Position numbers and translations under genes: made by a program. From Oligoflexia bacterium (lineage in GTDB: Bacteria; Bdellovibrionota; Bdellovibrionia; JABDDW01): 41,035 bases of DNA. Position 1 is the first letter of the stretch. Each line of letters begins with the position of its first letter. The notes below the pieces were generated by a model. That model worked only from the letters and a program-made list of their open reading frames with translations. It was not told where the DNA came from and searched no databases. Location: the NCBI GenBank assembly GCA_043732305.1, contig JAYTHU010000037.1:1-41035 (forward strand), given 5' to 3'. Below are positions 8,442 through 17,630 of the stretch, in pieces.

Positions 8442-8999
8442 ATGCCACGCAGAAGAATTAAACAGAGTCCCATTCAATTTGATTTCCAAGCCTATTGGTT
8501 TGAAGAAATCCGAACCATTCGCCAACTGTCCTTGTTCCAAGATGAATTTGAAAGAATCAAAGAACGCTATTTTGATATTTCAGAACTCAAATTTGAAGAG
8601 TTTCAAGATTATGACCGAATTCATGCCTATAAAGAATTACAGCTCAGCCGTCACACAGCAGAAGTTATGTACAGTGACTTGCAATGGCTAAGAGAAAATT
8701 TCAGTGGATATGAATTGTCTGATTTATCGCTAGGGATTGCGGAGGCACTTTATCCAGATAAAAAGTGGACTGTGATCGAGGACGGAGAAGAAGCAATAGT
8801 AACAGACACGGATCGCAATCTCGTTTTTGATATGAAATATTTTGACAAATTTTCTGCCAAAGGATCGCTTCTCAATGCTGGAGATAATTTTTATGTGAGC
8901 GATCGGGGCGCATTAGAAGAACTGTATAAATTTAAAGAAATTAGAAGCGCGCAATTCCGTGATGTTTTATCAAAATTAAAAAAACATCTGACAAATTAA
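8442..8999 (+). CDS. Hypothetical protein
   Basis: ORF with AAGGAG SD before the ATG at 8442, followed by a terminator; no family recognised. Confidence 0.7.
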   Translation: MPRRRIKQSPIQFDFQAYWFEEIRTIRQLSLFQDEFERIKERYFDISELKFEEFQDYDRIHAYKELQLSRHTAEVMYSDLQWLRENFSGYELSDLSLGIAEALYPDKKWTVIEDGEEAIVTDTDRNLVFDMKYFDKFSAKGSLLNAGDNFYVSDRGALEELYKFKEIRSAQFRDVLSKLKKHLTN

Positions 9000-9031
9000 A
9001 AAAACCTCGGGACTTTTGGTTCCGAGGTTTT
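8998..9031. terminator. Bidirectional intrinsic terminator
   Basis: AAAACCTCGG-gacttttggtt-CCGAGGTTTT between convergent genes. Confidence 0.75.
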
Positions 9032-9069
9032 CAAATTTCTAAGATGGTATTGCTACCAAATATAAACTT

Positions 9070-9552
9070 TTATTTCTTACCTTCTAAGTGAGCTTCAACA
9101 AACCATGTGTATTTGTCTACTCCACGAGAGATTTCAGTCAAAATGTCAGCGGCATCCACATCACCTAATTCGGTAGTTTGGTTGATGCCTTCACGAACAT
9201 GTTTTCCAAATGCAGCTAAGCTGTCAGAGAGATAATCAACATGAGAATAACCTTCGCTGATAGATAGTGGATACTCCTTCAACTTTGTGCGCTTGGTTGT
9301 CACATAGGCAGTTCCTTCAGCAATTCCACCCAGCTGAACAATGCGTTCAGCAATGGTGTCTGTGTACCCACCAAAACTAGTGTGAATTTCGTCGAACAAT
9401 TCATGGAGTGCAATAAACTGCGGGCCTTTCACATTCCAGTGAGCTTGCTTTGAGTTGAGCATGCAGTCGATAGAGCTCGCGAGTGTGACGTTCAAAAGAA
9501 CAACGAGTTGGGTTCTACGATCCTCAGGAATATCATTTTTTGTTTTATACAT
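9070..9552 (-). CDS. dps: DNA starvation/stationary-phase protection protein Dps
   Basis: KQAHWNVKGPQFIALHELFDE and DTIAERIVQLGG; ATG at 9552 after AAAGGA. Confidence 0.95.
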   Translation of the reverse strand: MYKTKNDIPEDRRTQLVVLLNVTLASSIDCMLNSKQAHWNVKGPQFIALHELFDEIHTSFGGYTDTIAERIVQLGGIAEGTAYVTTKRTKLKEYPLSISEGYSHVDYLSDSLAAFGKHVREGINQTTELGDVDAADILTEISRGVDKYTWFVEAHLEGKK

Positions 9553-9661
9553 TTTAAAACATCCTTTCTTTTCTAAGTAAGAACTTAATATTTTTATGCT
9601 CAAGAGTCAATTTCTATGGTGTCATATGGGGATTAAACGAAGTCATGAAAGGATTAATTAA

Positions 9662-10165
9662 ATGTGGGGAAATTTATTCAATCTCAGTTTACCAGTGGCT
9701 AATTTGGTGATCAGAGCTGTTGTGGTCTACTTTGCGGTCACTATACTTCTCCGCATTTCGGGCAAAAGACAACTGGGACAAATGGGAGCAACAGAATTTG
9801 TTGCCATCCTTCTTATTAGTAACGCAGTACAGAATTCAATGAATGGCGGAGATAACACTCTTCTTGGCGGAATCATACTCGCTACCGTTTTAATTCTCCT
9901 CAGCTCAACGCTCGCCTATTTGACGTACAAAAGTAAAATTTGCCAAAGAATTTTTGAAGGAACGCCGACACTTCTAGTTCATAAAGGTAAAATTATTCAG
10001 AAAAATCTTGCCAGTGAACGACTGAACGAAAGTGAACTTCGTACCTTGCTCCGAAAACAGGGCATTCATAAGTTAAATGAAATTTCGACGGCCATATTAG
10101 AATCGGATGGAACCTTGAGCGTGGTTCATCAGGCCGAAAACGTTGCAACAAACCACACACCTTAA
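9662..10165 (+). CDS. DUF421 (YetF/YcaP-like) membrane protein
   Basis: LRISGKRQLGQM, LLISNAVQN, EGTPTLLV..GKI and AILESDGTLSV. Confidence 0.9.
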   Translation: MWGNLFNLSLPVANLVIRAVVVYFAVTILLRISGKRQLGQMGATEFVAILLISNAVQNSMNGGDNTLLGGIILATVLILLSSTLAYLTYKSKICQRIFEGTPTLLVHKGKIIQKNLASERLNESELRTLLRKQGIHKLNEISTAILESDGTLSVVHQAENVATNHTP

Positions 10166-10241
10166 ACATTTTGGATTTGTGACCTCGCTTAAACTGCGCT
10201 ATGTATTTTAGGGCGAACCAAACTTTAACGGAGGTCTTATC

Positions 10242-11006
10242 TTGCACACTAAACTTTCCAACCTTGCTCTGGCGACTCTCATATTTGGATTTTCTCAACT
10301 AGCTGTCGCCGACACTGGATTCAAAGATGAGACGGAGTTAGGAATTGCAGCGGTTTCTGGAAATACCAACACTTCCACATACACCTTTAAAGAACTTGCC
10401 ATATATGATTGGAATTTGAATGTTATTAAGGGCACCTTTCGTTACATCAACACACAGAATGGCGGCACCGATACTGTGAGAAATTGGGATGGCGGCTTTA
10501 GATACGAACGCGTACTGTCTCCGATTTTCAATATCTTTGCCGCTTACACTTTAGATAGCGATATTTTCGGTGGATATGTGCAGAAGAACAATATCGACTT
10601 AGGCGGGAAATATTACCTAGATAAATCCGAAGATTTTAATATTTTCTTTGAAGCTGGTTTGCGAAACGTGAACACACATTATCCTTCAGCGACTCAATCA
10701 GACAGTGCAAACAATGCTGCGCGAGTTTACGGAGAAATCAATGGCGGGGTTTCAAAAACCGCAACTTATAGATTTTGGGCAGAATACGTGCAAAGTATTT
10801 CATCTAACTTGGCTGGCAATGCTGGATATTCCACCGGCCAAGATTATCTCTTCAATGCAGAACCATCAGTAATGGTGATGTTGAGCCAGATTTTTTCTCT
10901 AAAAGTTGCTTATTTGTTTAAGTATGTGAATTATCTGCCACCTACTTCTACGGCGCTTATTCACCTGGATACGATTTTTACTACCGCACTGGTAGCAAAA
11001 TTTTAA
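10242..11006 (+). CDS. DUF481 (YdiY-like) outer-membrane beta-barrel
   Basis: GGAGG SD + TTG; signal peptide; ELG...SGNT N-terminus; C-terminal Phe. Confidence 0.75.
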   Translation: MHTKLSNLALATLIFGFSQLAVADTGFKDETELGIAAVSGNTNTSTYTFKELAIYDWNLNVIKGTFRYINTQNGGTDTVRNWDGGFRYERVLSPIFNIFAAYTLDSDIFGGYVQKNNIDLGGKYYLDKSEDFNIFFEAGLRNVNTHYPSATQSDSANNAARVYGEINGGVSKTATYRFWAEYVQSISSNLAGNAGYSTGQDYLFNAEPSVMVMLSQIFSLKVAYLFKYVNYLPPTSTALIHLDTIFTTALVAKF

Positions 11007-11017
11007 GGAGTTAACTC

Positions 11018-11443
11018 ATGTTTAAAGAATTTAAAGAATTTGCGATGAAGGGGAATGTTCTCGATCTCGCTGTCGGTATTATTATCGGTGGTGCTTTTGG
11101 AAAAATCGTTTCTTCGTTTGTCTCAGACATTATGATGCCTCCCATCGGCTTAATGATGGGTAAAGTGGATTTCTCGAATTTGTATGTCAATCTTTCGGGA
11201 CAGCCATTCAATACTCTCTCTGAAGCCAAAAGGGCCGGCGCTCCAACTATCAACTACGGAACATTTCTAAATGCGACAATTGATTTCGTATTTGTAGCCT
11301 TCGCCGTTTTTCTTTTGGTGAAAGCCATAAATAAAATGAAACATGAAGCACCTGCTGCTCCAAACACAAAAGCATGTCCCGAATGTCTTTCAAATATTCC
11401 AAGTCCCGCTAAGAAATGCGCCTACTGCGGAAGCCCCGTCTAA
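11018..11443 (+). CDS. mscL: Large-conductance mechanosensitive channel with a C-terminal zinc ribbon
   Basis: [33 protein letters not shown]; tail CPEC-X10-CAYC. Confidence 0.95.
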   Translation: MFKEFKEFAMKGNVLDLAVGIIIGGAFGKIVSSFVSDIMMPPIGLMMGKVDFSNLYVNLSGQPFNTLSEAKRAGAPTINYGTFLNATIDFVFVAFAVFLLVKAINKMKHEAPAAPNTKACPECLSNIPSPAKKCAYCGSPV

Positions 11444-11504
11444 GATCTAGTTTTCCTAATATAGACTTCCGCTCGTTTGTCCTAAAAGTTACAATGAATT
11501 CAAT

Positions 11505-12200
11505 ATGCAACAATTGAAACGGCACCTTGATTTCACGGCGATTTTTTTCGTAAGCATTTTAGTTTTCTCACTGATTTCTTTGTCAGAAGGATCAGCACGT
11601 GGGGATGTGTACACGGAAGCAGCCAATGCCAAACCCAAAGTGATTGCTGTTCAACACAAAGACTACAGTTTAGACGATGAAATCACTCTCAATCTCAGCT
11701 ATTTGCCCATTGATTCATTCAATCGTTATCTAGCGGTCGGTGGAAGTTACACCCACTATTACACCAATTACCTAGGCTGGGAAGTTCTCAATATCGCAGA
11801 TTCTTTCAACAGTTCTACTGGATTACAAAGCTATTTAACCCAGCAATACAATGCCTCCACCGAACCATTTAACACCCTCAATTATTATTTTTCGTCGAGT
11901 GTCGTATACACACCATTCTATACTAAAAATCTTTTTCTAAATTCTAACGTATTCTACGGCGACGTTTCTTTTATCGCAGGTCTAGGAATAGCAAAATTTG
12001 ATTCGGGTTTTATTAATAGTACGGACCTTGGTCTCATGCTCAGATTTTTTCTTGGTCCAGCTTCATCCATTCGATTCGATATTAGAAATTATCTTTATTT
12101 TTCGCAGGGCGTGAAGACCAATATCGCAATGACAATTGGCTACTCCTATAATTTTGGCGAAAAAGCAAAAGTCGAAACCAAAAATGAGACGGACGAATAA
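11505..12200 (+). CDS. Outer-membrane beta-barrel, GltA/GltB-like
   Basis: Signal peptide; AVQHK.Y, GGSYTHYY...LGWE, YTPFYTK and LRFFL....IRFDIR; first gene of the glt cluster. Confidence 0.75.
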   Translation: MQQLKRHLDFTAIFFVSILVFSLISLSEGSARGDVYTEAANAKPKVIAVQHKDYSLDDEITLNLSYLPIDSFNRYLAVGGSYTHYYTNYLGWEVLNIADSFNSSTGLQSYLTQQYNASTEPFNTLNYYFSSSVVYTPFYTKNLFLNSNVFYGDVSFIAGLGIAKFDSGFINSTDLGLMLRFFLGPASSIRFDIRNYLYFSQGVKTNIAMTIGYSYNFGEKAKVETKNETDE

Positions 12201-12850
12201 TGAAATTTAGTAAACACGTTATTCACATTGGCTTCTATTTGAGTTTCGGGCTTGCTTTTAGTCTAGGAGCAATGCCTTCAACAGCATTGGCTGCTGCCGA
12301 GAAGGCAGATCTTTATGACGTCCCAGCGATACAACCGGTCAGTCATCGTCGCTATTTTTTAAAGAATGAATTAACCGGTCAGCTCAATTATTTAGCATCT
12401 GACCCATTCGTAAAATACGTTGGGGCTGGACTCACATACACAAAACACTTCAGTGATTTCATGGGCTGGGAAGTATTCAATGCTAACTACGTATACGCCC
12501 TTTTTGCGGGAATCACCAAAGACTTGGTTGCCGGATATGGACAACAGCAATCAAGTTTTGATTATCTTCAATATTATGTAACTACGAACATTACAGTGAA
12601 TCCGATCTACACCAAAAATTTAGTATTTAATTCTTCTACCGTTTATTCGCAAATTGAATTCGTAGCGGGCGGAGGGGCTGCGATTTTTGCATACGCCCAT
12701 GCACAGGCAGTTTTTGATGGCGGCATCATTCTAAGATATTTCCTCACGCCCAACTCTTCACTCAAACTCGATTTCCGCGTTTACGTGTTCCCCAGTCTAT
12801 TTACCTCGAGCAACGTTGATTTGACGATGGGGTACGCGATAAGTTTATGA
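12200..12850 (+). CDS. Outer-membrane beta-barrel, GltA/GltB-like (paralogue of the upstream gene)
   Basis: Shares MGWEV, NPIYTKNL.FNS and LRYFL...SSLKLDFR with the previous ORF; translationally coupled. Confidence 0.75.
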   Translation: MKFSKHVIHIGFYLSFGLAFSLGAMPSTALAAAEKADLYDVPAIQPVSHRRYFLKNELTGQLNYLASDPFVKYVGAGLTYTKHFSDFMGWEVFNANYVYALFAGITKDLVAGYGQQQSSFDYLQYYVTTNITVNPIYTKNLVFNSSTVYSQIEFVAGGGAAIFAYAHAQAVFDGGIILRYFLTPNSSLKLDFRVYVFPSLFTSSNVDLTMGYAISL

Positions 12851-14328
12851 AAACAAATTTTTTAAAATCCGTCACCATTCCATTGCTCATTCTTCCGCAG
12901 TTAATTTTTTTAACGCCCGTCAAAGCTGACGATTATCACCCTACAAATTTTGAGTTTTGGGAAGACGTGGATCACTCTCTCAAAAAGCAAGCTTTCGACA
13001 AAGTCATTTATAATGCAGACAAAAAAGCCACCAGCACATCTAAAGACAGTTTAGAAAATGGCGAGGCCGAACTCGCCACCGGACTGGCACTCAAAGGCAT
13101 TGGTTTTAATTACGGTGCGATCACGGTTCTTGGTCATGTGATGAAATCTCGACTTGGGACAGATGTAGCCGCATTGGCTCTCCAAAATATTCAAGAGATC
13201 GCCCAAAAAGATCCAATCGATGAAGAATATGTTTACGGTGAAATTGTCAATGATCTTGAGTTCGACGCGCTTTCCCCGGGATTACAAGATTTTGTCAGCT
13301 ATCACGTGGGCATGTTTGATCTTCTCCACAATTACAAAAAATGGAGCGACGAACAATTTAAAAAAATCACGCCGCTATCTTATTGGGATTTCAAAATTAA
13401 ATACCTCACCGCATTGGGCGAAATTGCACGAGATAAAACTGATTCAGCTCTAGAGAAATTTACATTCATTGCTGGAAGCGAAGTTGCTCCTGACGATATA
13501 AAACAATCGGCACTTCACCAACAAGCTCGCATAGTTTTTGAAAAAGGTGACTATGCCCAAGCCTACAAGCTTTTCAAAAAAGTAAAACTCAATCCTCGTG
13601 AACGAGGACTTATTTTACTTGAAAGAGCGTGGAGCAAATATTATCAAAAAGATTATTCAAAAGCTTTAGGTCTACTCATCGCGCTCGAGGCGCCTTACTT
13701 CGACACTTCGCGCTCACCAGAGGCGTACATTCTAAAAATGGTGATTTTCAAAGAACTTTGCCACTACAACGCTGCGGCTGAAGTGGTAGTTCAGTTCAAT
13801 AGACGTTTTGGTAAATCCATCAAATTGATAAAAGATCGTGGCGATCTGAGAAAAGACCAAGCTCTTGTCAATCTTTCAGTCATTGATCATCGTGTGGAAA
13901 AGTGGGTTAACCTGTTGACATCGCTTAAAGATGAAAAGCGCAAGCTCTCGAATTATAATTGGGATAAATATTACTTTCTAAAAAACCTCAGACGTTCTTA
14001 CGACTTTGAAATCAGTGCCATCCGCGCCAGGCTAGATTGGATTTTGATCAACAAATCTAGAGAATCGGCCAATCAATTGCTAGACTGGCAAGAACAAATT
14101 AATTTTCTCGATTACCAAACTAAATTAGATAGCTTGCGAGTGATAAAACCCAAAGGCTCCCTACCCTACCGTTCAGAAGACATTCCAAGCTTTTCGTTTG
14201 ATAAAACTTATTGGGAAACCCAAGGTGAAATTTGGTTTGACGAAATTGAAGATTATAAAGTCTTTATCGAATCAAAATGTGAAAATTTCTCTGTCGGCGC
14301 CGGCGCAAGCAGTGGTGGGAGCAAATGA
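12847..14328 (+). CDS. Periplasmic TPR protein, GltC-like
   Basis: Signal peptide; LLERAWS.Y...DYSKALG.L..L.APYF, PEAYILK......LCHY and YW..QGE.WFDEI..Y...IESKC at the C-terminus. Confidence 0.75.
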   Translation: MKTNFLKSVTIPLLILPQLIFLTPVKADDYHPTNFEFWEDVDHSLKKQAFDKVIYNADKKATSTSKDSLENGEAELATGLALKGIGFNYGAITVLGHVMKSRLGTDVAALALQNIQEIAQKDPIDEEYVYGEIVNDLEFDALSPGLQDFVSYHVGMFDLLHNYKKWSDEQFKKITPLSYWDFKIKYLTALGEIARDKTDSALEKFTFIAGSEVAPDDIKQSALHQQARIVFEKGDYAQAYKLFKKVKLNPRERGLILLERAWSKYYQKDYSKALGLLIALEAPYFDTSRSPEAYILKMVIFKELCHYNAAAEVVVQFNRRFGKSIKLIKDRGDLRKDQALVNLSVIDHRVEKWVNLLTSLKDEKRKLSNYNWDKYYFLKNLRRSYDFEISAIRARLDWILINKSRESANQLLDWQEQINFLDYQTKLDSLRVIKPKGSLPYRSEDIPSFSFDKTYWETQGEIWFDEIEDYKVFIESKCENFSVGAGASSGGSK

Positions 14329-17300
14329 GGAAACTTTTAATCATCGCCATTCTAGTTCTCTGCGCTCAAGCCTTCGCTGATAAAAAAGCAGATCGAAGTT
14401 TTGACGAAATTAAAAAAGCTAAAGAAGCACTCGTCAAGATCGACAAGTCGATTGATATAACTCGGCAAAAAATGAAGGAAGTCAAAGATGTGACTTTCCT
14501 TCCGGATCTATATTTCGTTTTGGCCGAACTTTATATTGATAAAGGTCGATATCTAAACACCCGCATTCGCGAAGAAAATATTGATACGCCCATTGCTGAA
14601 ATTGATTTTTTTGAAGCCAAGAAAGCAAAAAAAGAGGCCATTGAGATTTATCAGCGCTTCATCGAAACTTTCCCCAAGAATGAAGCCGTCGATCGTGCCC
14701 TCTTTTACATTGCGCATGAATATCGAGAACTAGGAACTTTTGATGACATGGTGAAAACCTACATCAAACTCACGCATGATTTCCCTAAGTCTCTATTTTG
14801 GGAAGAGTCCGAACTTATTCTTGGTGATTTCTTCTTGGAAGACAAAAAAGATCCCAACATGGCGCTTGAGGCTTACCAAAGAATCATGGAGCGCCCCACA
14901 AACGCGTTCATTCCAATTGCCCGTTATAAAACGGGATGGTGCTACATCAACAAAGATGATTTCCACCATGCATTGTTAGCATTCGAGGGAGTTTTGACCG
15001 TCGATGCCAATGCGAATATGGATAAACTTCCTGAACTTTATAAAAAAAGTGATATCAAACGAGATGCGATTCTGGCTCTTGTGTGGCCATACTCAGAAGA
15101 GAAAACCCTGGATCCTTTCCGTGCTGACACCTTAACTTATTTCGAGAAACTTTCACCCAACAAGACTACATTTCTAAGAGTGCTCGATAAACTCACCAAG
15201 CGACTTTCGATCAAGCACAAATACGATATGGAAATCCCCGTATATTTCAAACTCATTGAGCTCACCAATGATTTGGAAAGGCGAGTAGAGATTATCGACG
15301 ATTTCTATATTGCATTCAGACAATCTAAGAAAAATTGGCCCATAGAGATATTAAGCGAGCCTCTGACTTCCACCATCATGAGAGTTAGATTTTCTCCCGA
15401 CTTCTCAGCTAAAGAAAAGCAAAAAGACGAAAAGAACTTTGAACTTTATTTGAGAGACGTGTCCACCCGCTTGCAGAAAAAAGCAAAAGCCTCACACGTC
15501 GAAGCGGACTATCTCAACGCCATCGAAGCGTATGAAGATTACTTGGTCGCATTTCCAAAAACAAAATATTCTCCTTCGATATTATTGGATTTGGCAGAGA
15601 GCAATTACACTGCCAAAAAATATGTGATGGCTGGTCTTAAATATGAAGAAGTCTTGCGCGCAACACCCAAAATTCCTAAAAAGAATTTGCTCGATTCTGC
15701 AATTCAGAGTTTTGCAATTGCACTTAAAACTCCAGAAAAAATCTCCAAACTTGAAATTACCCAGGCTCGCGAAGGTTTTAGAGCCATGGGTGGACAATTT
15801 GTTAAGTTATTCCCGGCCGATCCCGCAAGCGCCATGGTGCGATTCAATATTGCTCGCACCTTCTATGACGAGCGCGATTTTGATCATGCCGTTCAATACT
15901 TCACAGAATTTATTAAAACAAGTCCTGGGCATAAAGACATTACCACCGCAGGTAACTTGATTTTAGATGCCTACAATCAAAGAGAAGATTACGACGGCCT
16001 CATTACCGCTGGAAAATCTTTGATCTCTAACAAAAATGTAACTGACGTCCCATTTAAAAAAGATGTCTCTGAAGTTGTGAGACAGGCTGAGTACAGAAAA
16101 GTTCAGAATGTGGCTGGCGATCCTAAAAATCGAGAATACGCAGCACGTCTCTTGGGTTTTGCCTCGAAATATCAAGGAACATCACTAGGCGATCAAGCTC
16201 TCTATGAAGCGTTTAGTTCCATGAAAGCTAAAAAAGATCCTGCGGCATACGGTCCTGGCGAACAGTTATTAGAAAAACATGCGGATTCCAAATACGCAAA
16301 AGAAGTTGTCAGCGCTATGGGAAGCATGGCACTCAACACTGCTGACTACCGACGTGCCGCCCAGTACTTTGAAATTTTCATTCACAAATATCCCAAAGAT
16401 GAAAGTAGCCCTAGCTTATTGAAAAATGCAGCTATCTTACGCGAGGCCATGGGTGATTTCAAAGAAGCGGCTCAAAATTATCGCGAACTTGGAACTGGAT
16501 TTAAAGAAGATGTGGCTCGCCAATTTGCACTGTCTCAAAATTGGGGAGAGCTCGCTCAAACTTTGACCGCACGACCAGTCAATACATTGCGCGGAAAATA
16601 TTGGACCGCCCTCGCACTTTATCGCCAAGGTCAGTTTGACCAAGCTCGACCTTTTCTTCTCGAAACGTCTCAGTATCATGCAAGTACATTTGAAGAGAAA
16701 AAGATGGCCGCACACTCTCTCTATCTTTTATCCACCCAAGCCCTTAAAGATTATCAGTCCATTCAATTAGGCAACGGTGGCAACGAAGGCGATTTAGTAA
16801 AAAAGAAATCTGCAAAGCTTGCGGCGCTTGAGAAGCAATTCTCAACCGTTATTAATTTTGGAAACGGTCGCTGGACCATTGCAGCACTTTACCAAATGGG
16901 ACGAGCGAACAATGAATTCGCGCAATTCATTGGGCAAGCCTCCATACCTGTAGGTCTAGCTCCTGAACAACAGGCTCAGTACAAACAGTTGATCGCGCAA
17001 CAATCTTCGACCTTCCAAGGCAAAGCAAAAACATATTTTGCGACTTGCGTTCAGAATGCGGAAAAATTTGAAGTGTTCACCGGATTTGTTGGCGGATGCC
17101 AGACTCAAGGTGTTCAAAACGTGGATGAAGCTTCAGAAGAAAAAACAATTGGCAAAGCGGCAGATGTCACGCCAGCTGAAGCGACAAATATTCGCAAACA
17201 ATTGTTTGATAAACCCAAAGATACAAATTTACTGTTCGCGCTAGCCATCACTTATGTGAATGCTCAGGAATATCCCACCGCACGAGCGATTTTAAATCAT

Positions 17301-17561
17301 ATATTGGAACTGAAGCCTAACGATGCCTTCACTGAATCACAATTAGGAACCGTTTTCTTATTGAGCAACGATGTTGAATCGGCACAAACGTCCTATCAAA
17401 CTGCGCTCAAACACAAGCCTAAAGAAGTGAATGCGCTTTACGCAATGGCTGGACTATACAAACATTTCGGTTTCACAAATAAATTTAAGGTCGCTCTTGC
17501 GAAGGCCCATGCAGCTGGCCGGCCGAATGGCTTGTCTCATCCTTGGTTTGAAGGTTTATAA
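14325..17561 (+). CDS. Large periplasmic TPR protein, GltD(AgmU)-like, with a GltE-like TPR tail
   Basis: Signal peptide; many TPRs (ARYKTGWCYIN); WTIAALYQMG and L..EQ..QY...I near the GltD C-terminus; about 130 aa of additional TPRs follow. Confidence 0.75.
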   Translation: MRKLLIIAILVLCAQAFADKKADRSFDEIKKAKEALVKIDKSIDITRQKMKEVKDVTFLPDLYFVLAELYIDKGRYLNTRIREENIDTPIAEIDFFEAKKAKKEAIEIYQRFIETFPKNEAVDRALFYIAHEYRELGTFDDMVKTYIKLTHDFPKSLFWEESELILGDFFLEDKKDPNMALEAYQRIMERPTNAFIPIARYKTGWCYINKDDFHHALLAFEGVLTVDANANMDKLPELYKKSDIKRDAILALVWPYSEEKTLDPFRADTLTYFEKLSPNKTTFLRVLDKLTKRLSIKHKYDMEIPVYFKLIELTNDLERRVEIIDDFYIAFRQSKKNWPIEILSEPLTSTIMRVRFSPDFSAKEKQKDEKNFELYLRDVSTRLQKKAKASHVEADYLNAIEAYEDYLVAFPKTKYSPSILLDLAESNYTAKKYVMAGLKYEEVLRATPKIPKKNLLDSAIQSFAIALKTPEKISKLEITQAREGFRAMGGQFVKLFPADPASAMVRFNIARTFYDERDFDHAVQYFTEFIKTSPGHKDITTAGNLILDAYNQREDYDGLITAGKSLISNKNVTDVPFKKDVSEVVRQAEYRKVQNVAGDPKNREYAARLLGFASKYQGTSLGDQALYEAFSSMKAKKDPAAYGPGEQLLEKHADSKYAKEVVSAMGSMALNTADYRRAAQYFEIFIHKYPKDESSPSLLKNAAILREAMGDFKEAAQNYRELGTGFKEDVARQFALSQNWGELAQTLTARPVNTLRGKYWTALALYRQGQFDQARPFLLETSQYHASTFEEKKMAAHSLYLLSTQALKDYQSIQLGNGGNEGDLVKKKSAKLAALEKQFSTVINFGNGRWTIAALYQMGRANNEFAQFIGQASIPVGLAPEQQAQYKQLIAQQSSTFQGKAKTYFATCVQNAEKFEVFTGFVGGCQTQGVQNVDEASEEKTIGKAADVTPAEATNIRKQLFDKPKDTNLLFALAITYVNAQEYPTARAILNHILELKPNDAFTESQLGTVFLLSNDVESAQTSYQTALKHKPKEVNALYAMAGLYKHFGFTNKFKVALAKAHAAGRPNGLSHPWFEGL

Positions 17562-17584
17562 AAAAGATTTTCGTTCTATTTTTT

Positions 17585-17611
17585 TGAATTTAATACTGCC
17601 GTTACCGATAG
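17585..17611 (+). promoter_or_regulatory. Candidate internal sigma28 (FliA) promoter
   Basis: TGAA-N15-ACCGATAG in the gap before gltG. Confidence 0.35.
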
Positions 17612-17630
17612 TTATGTTGGGAGAACAACA

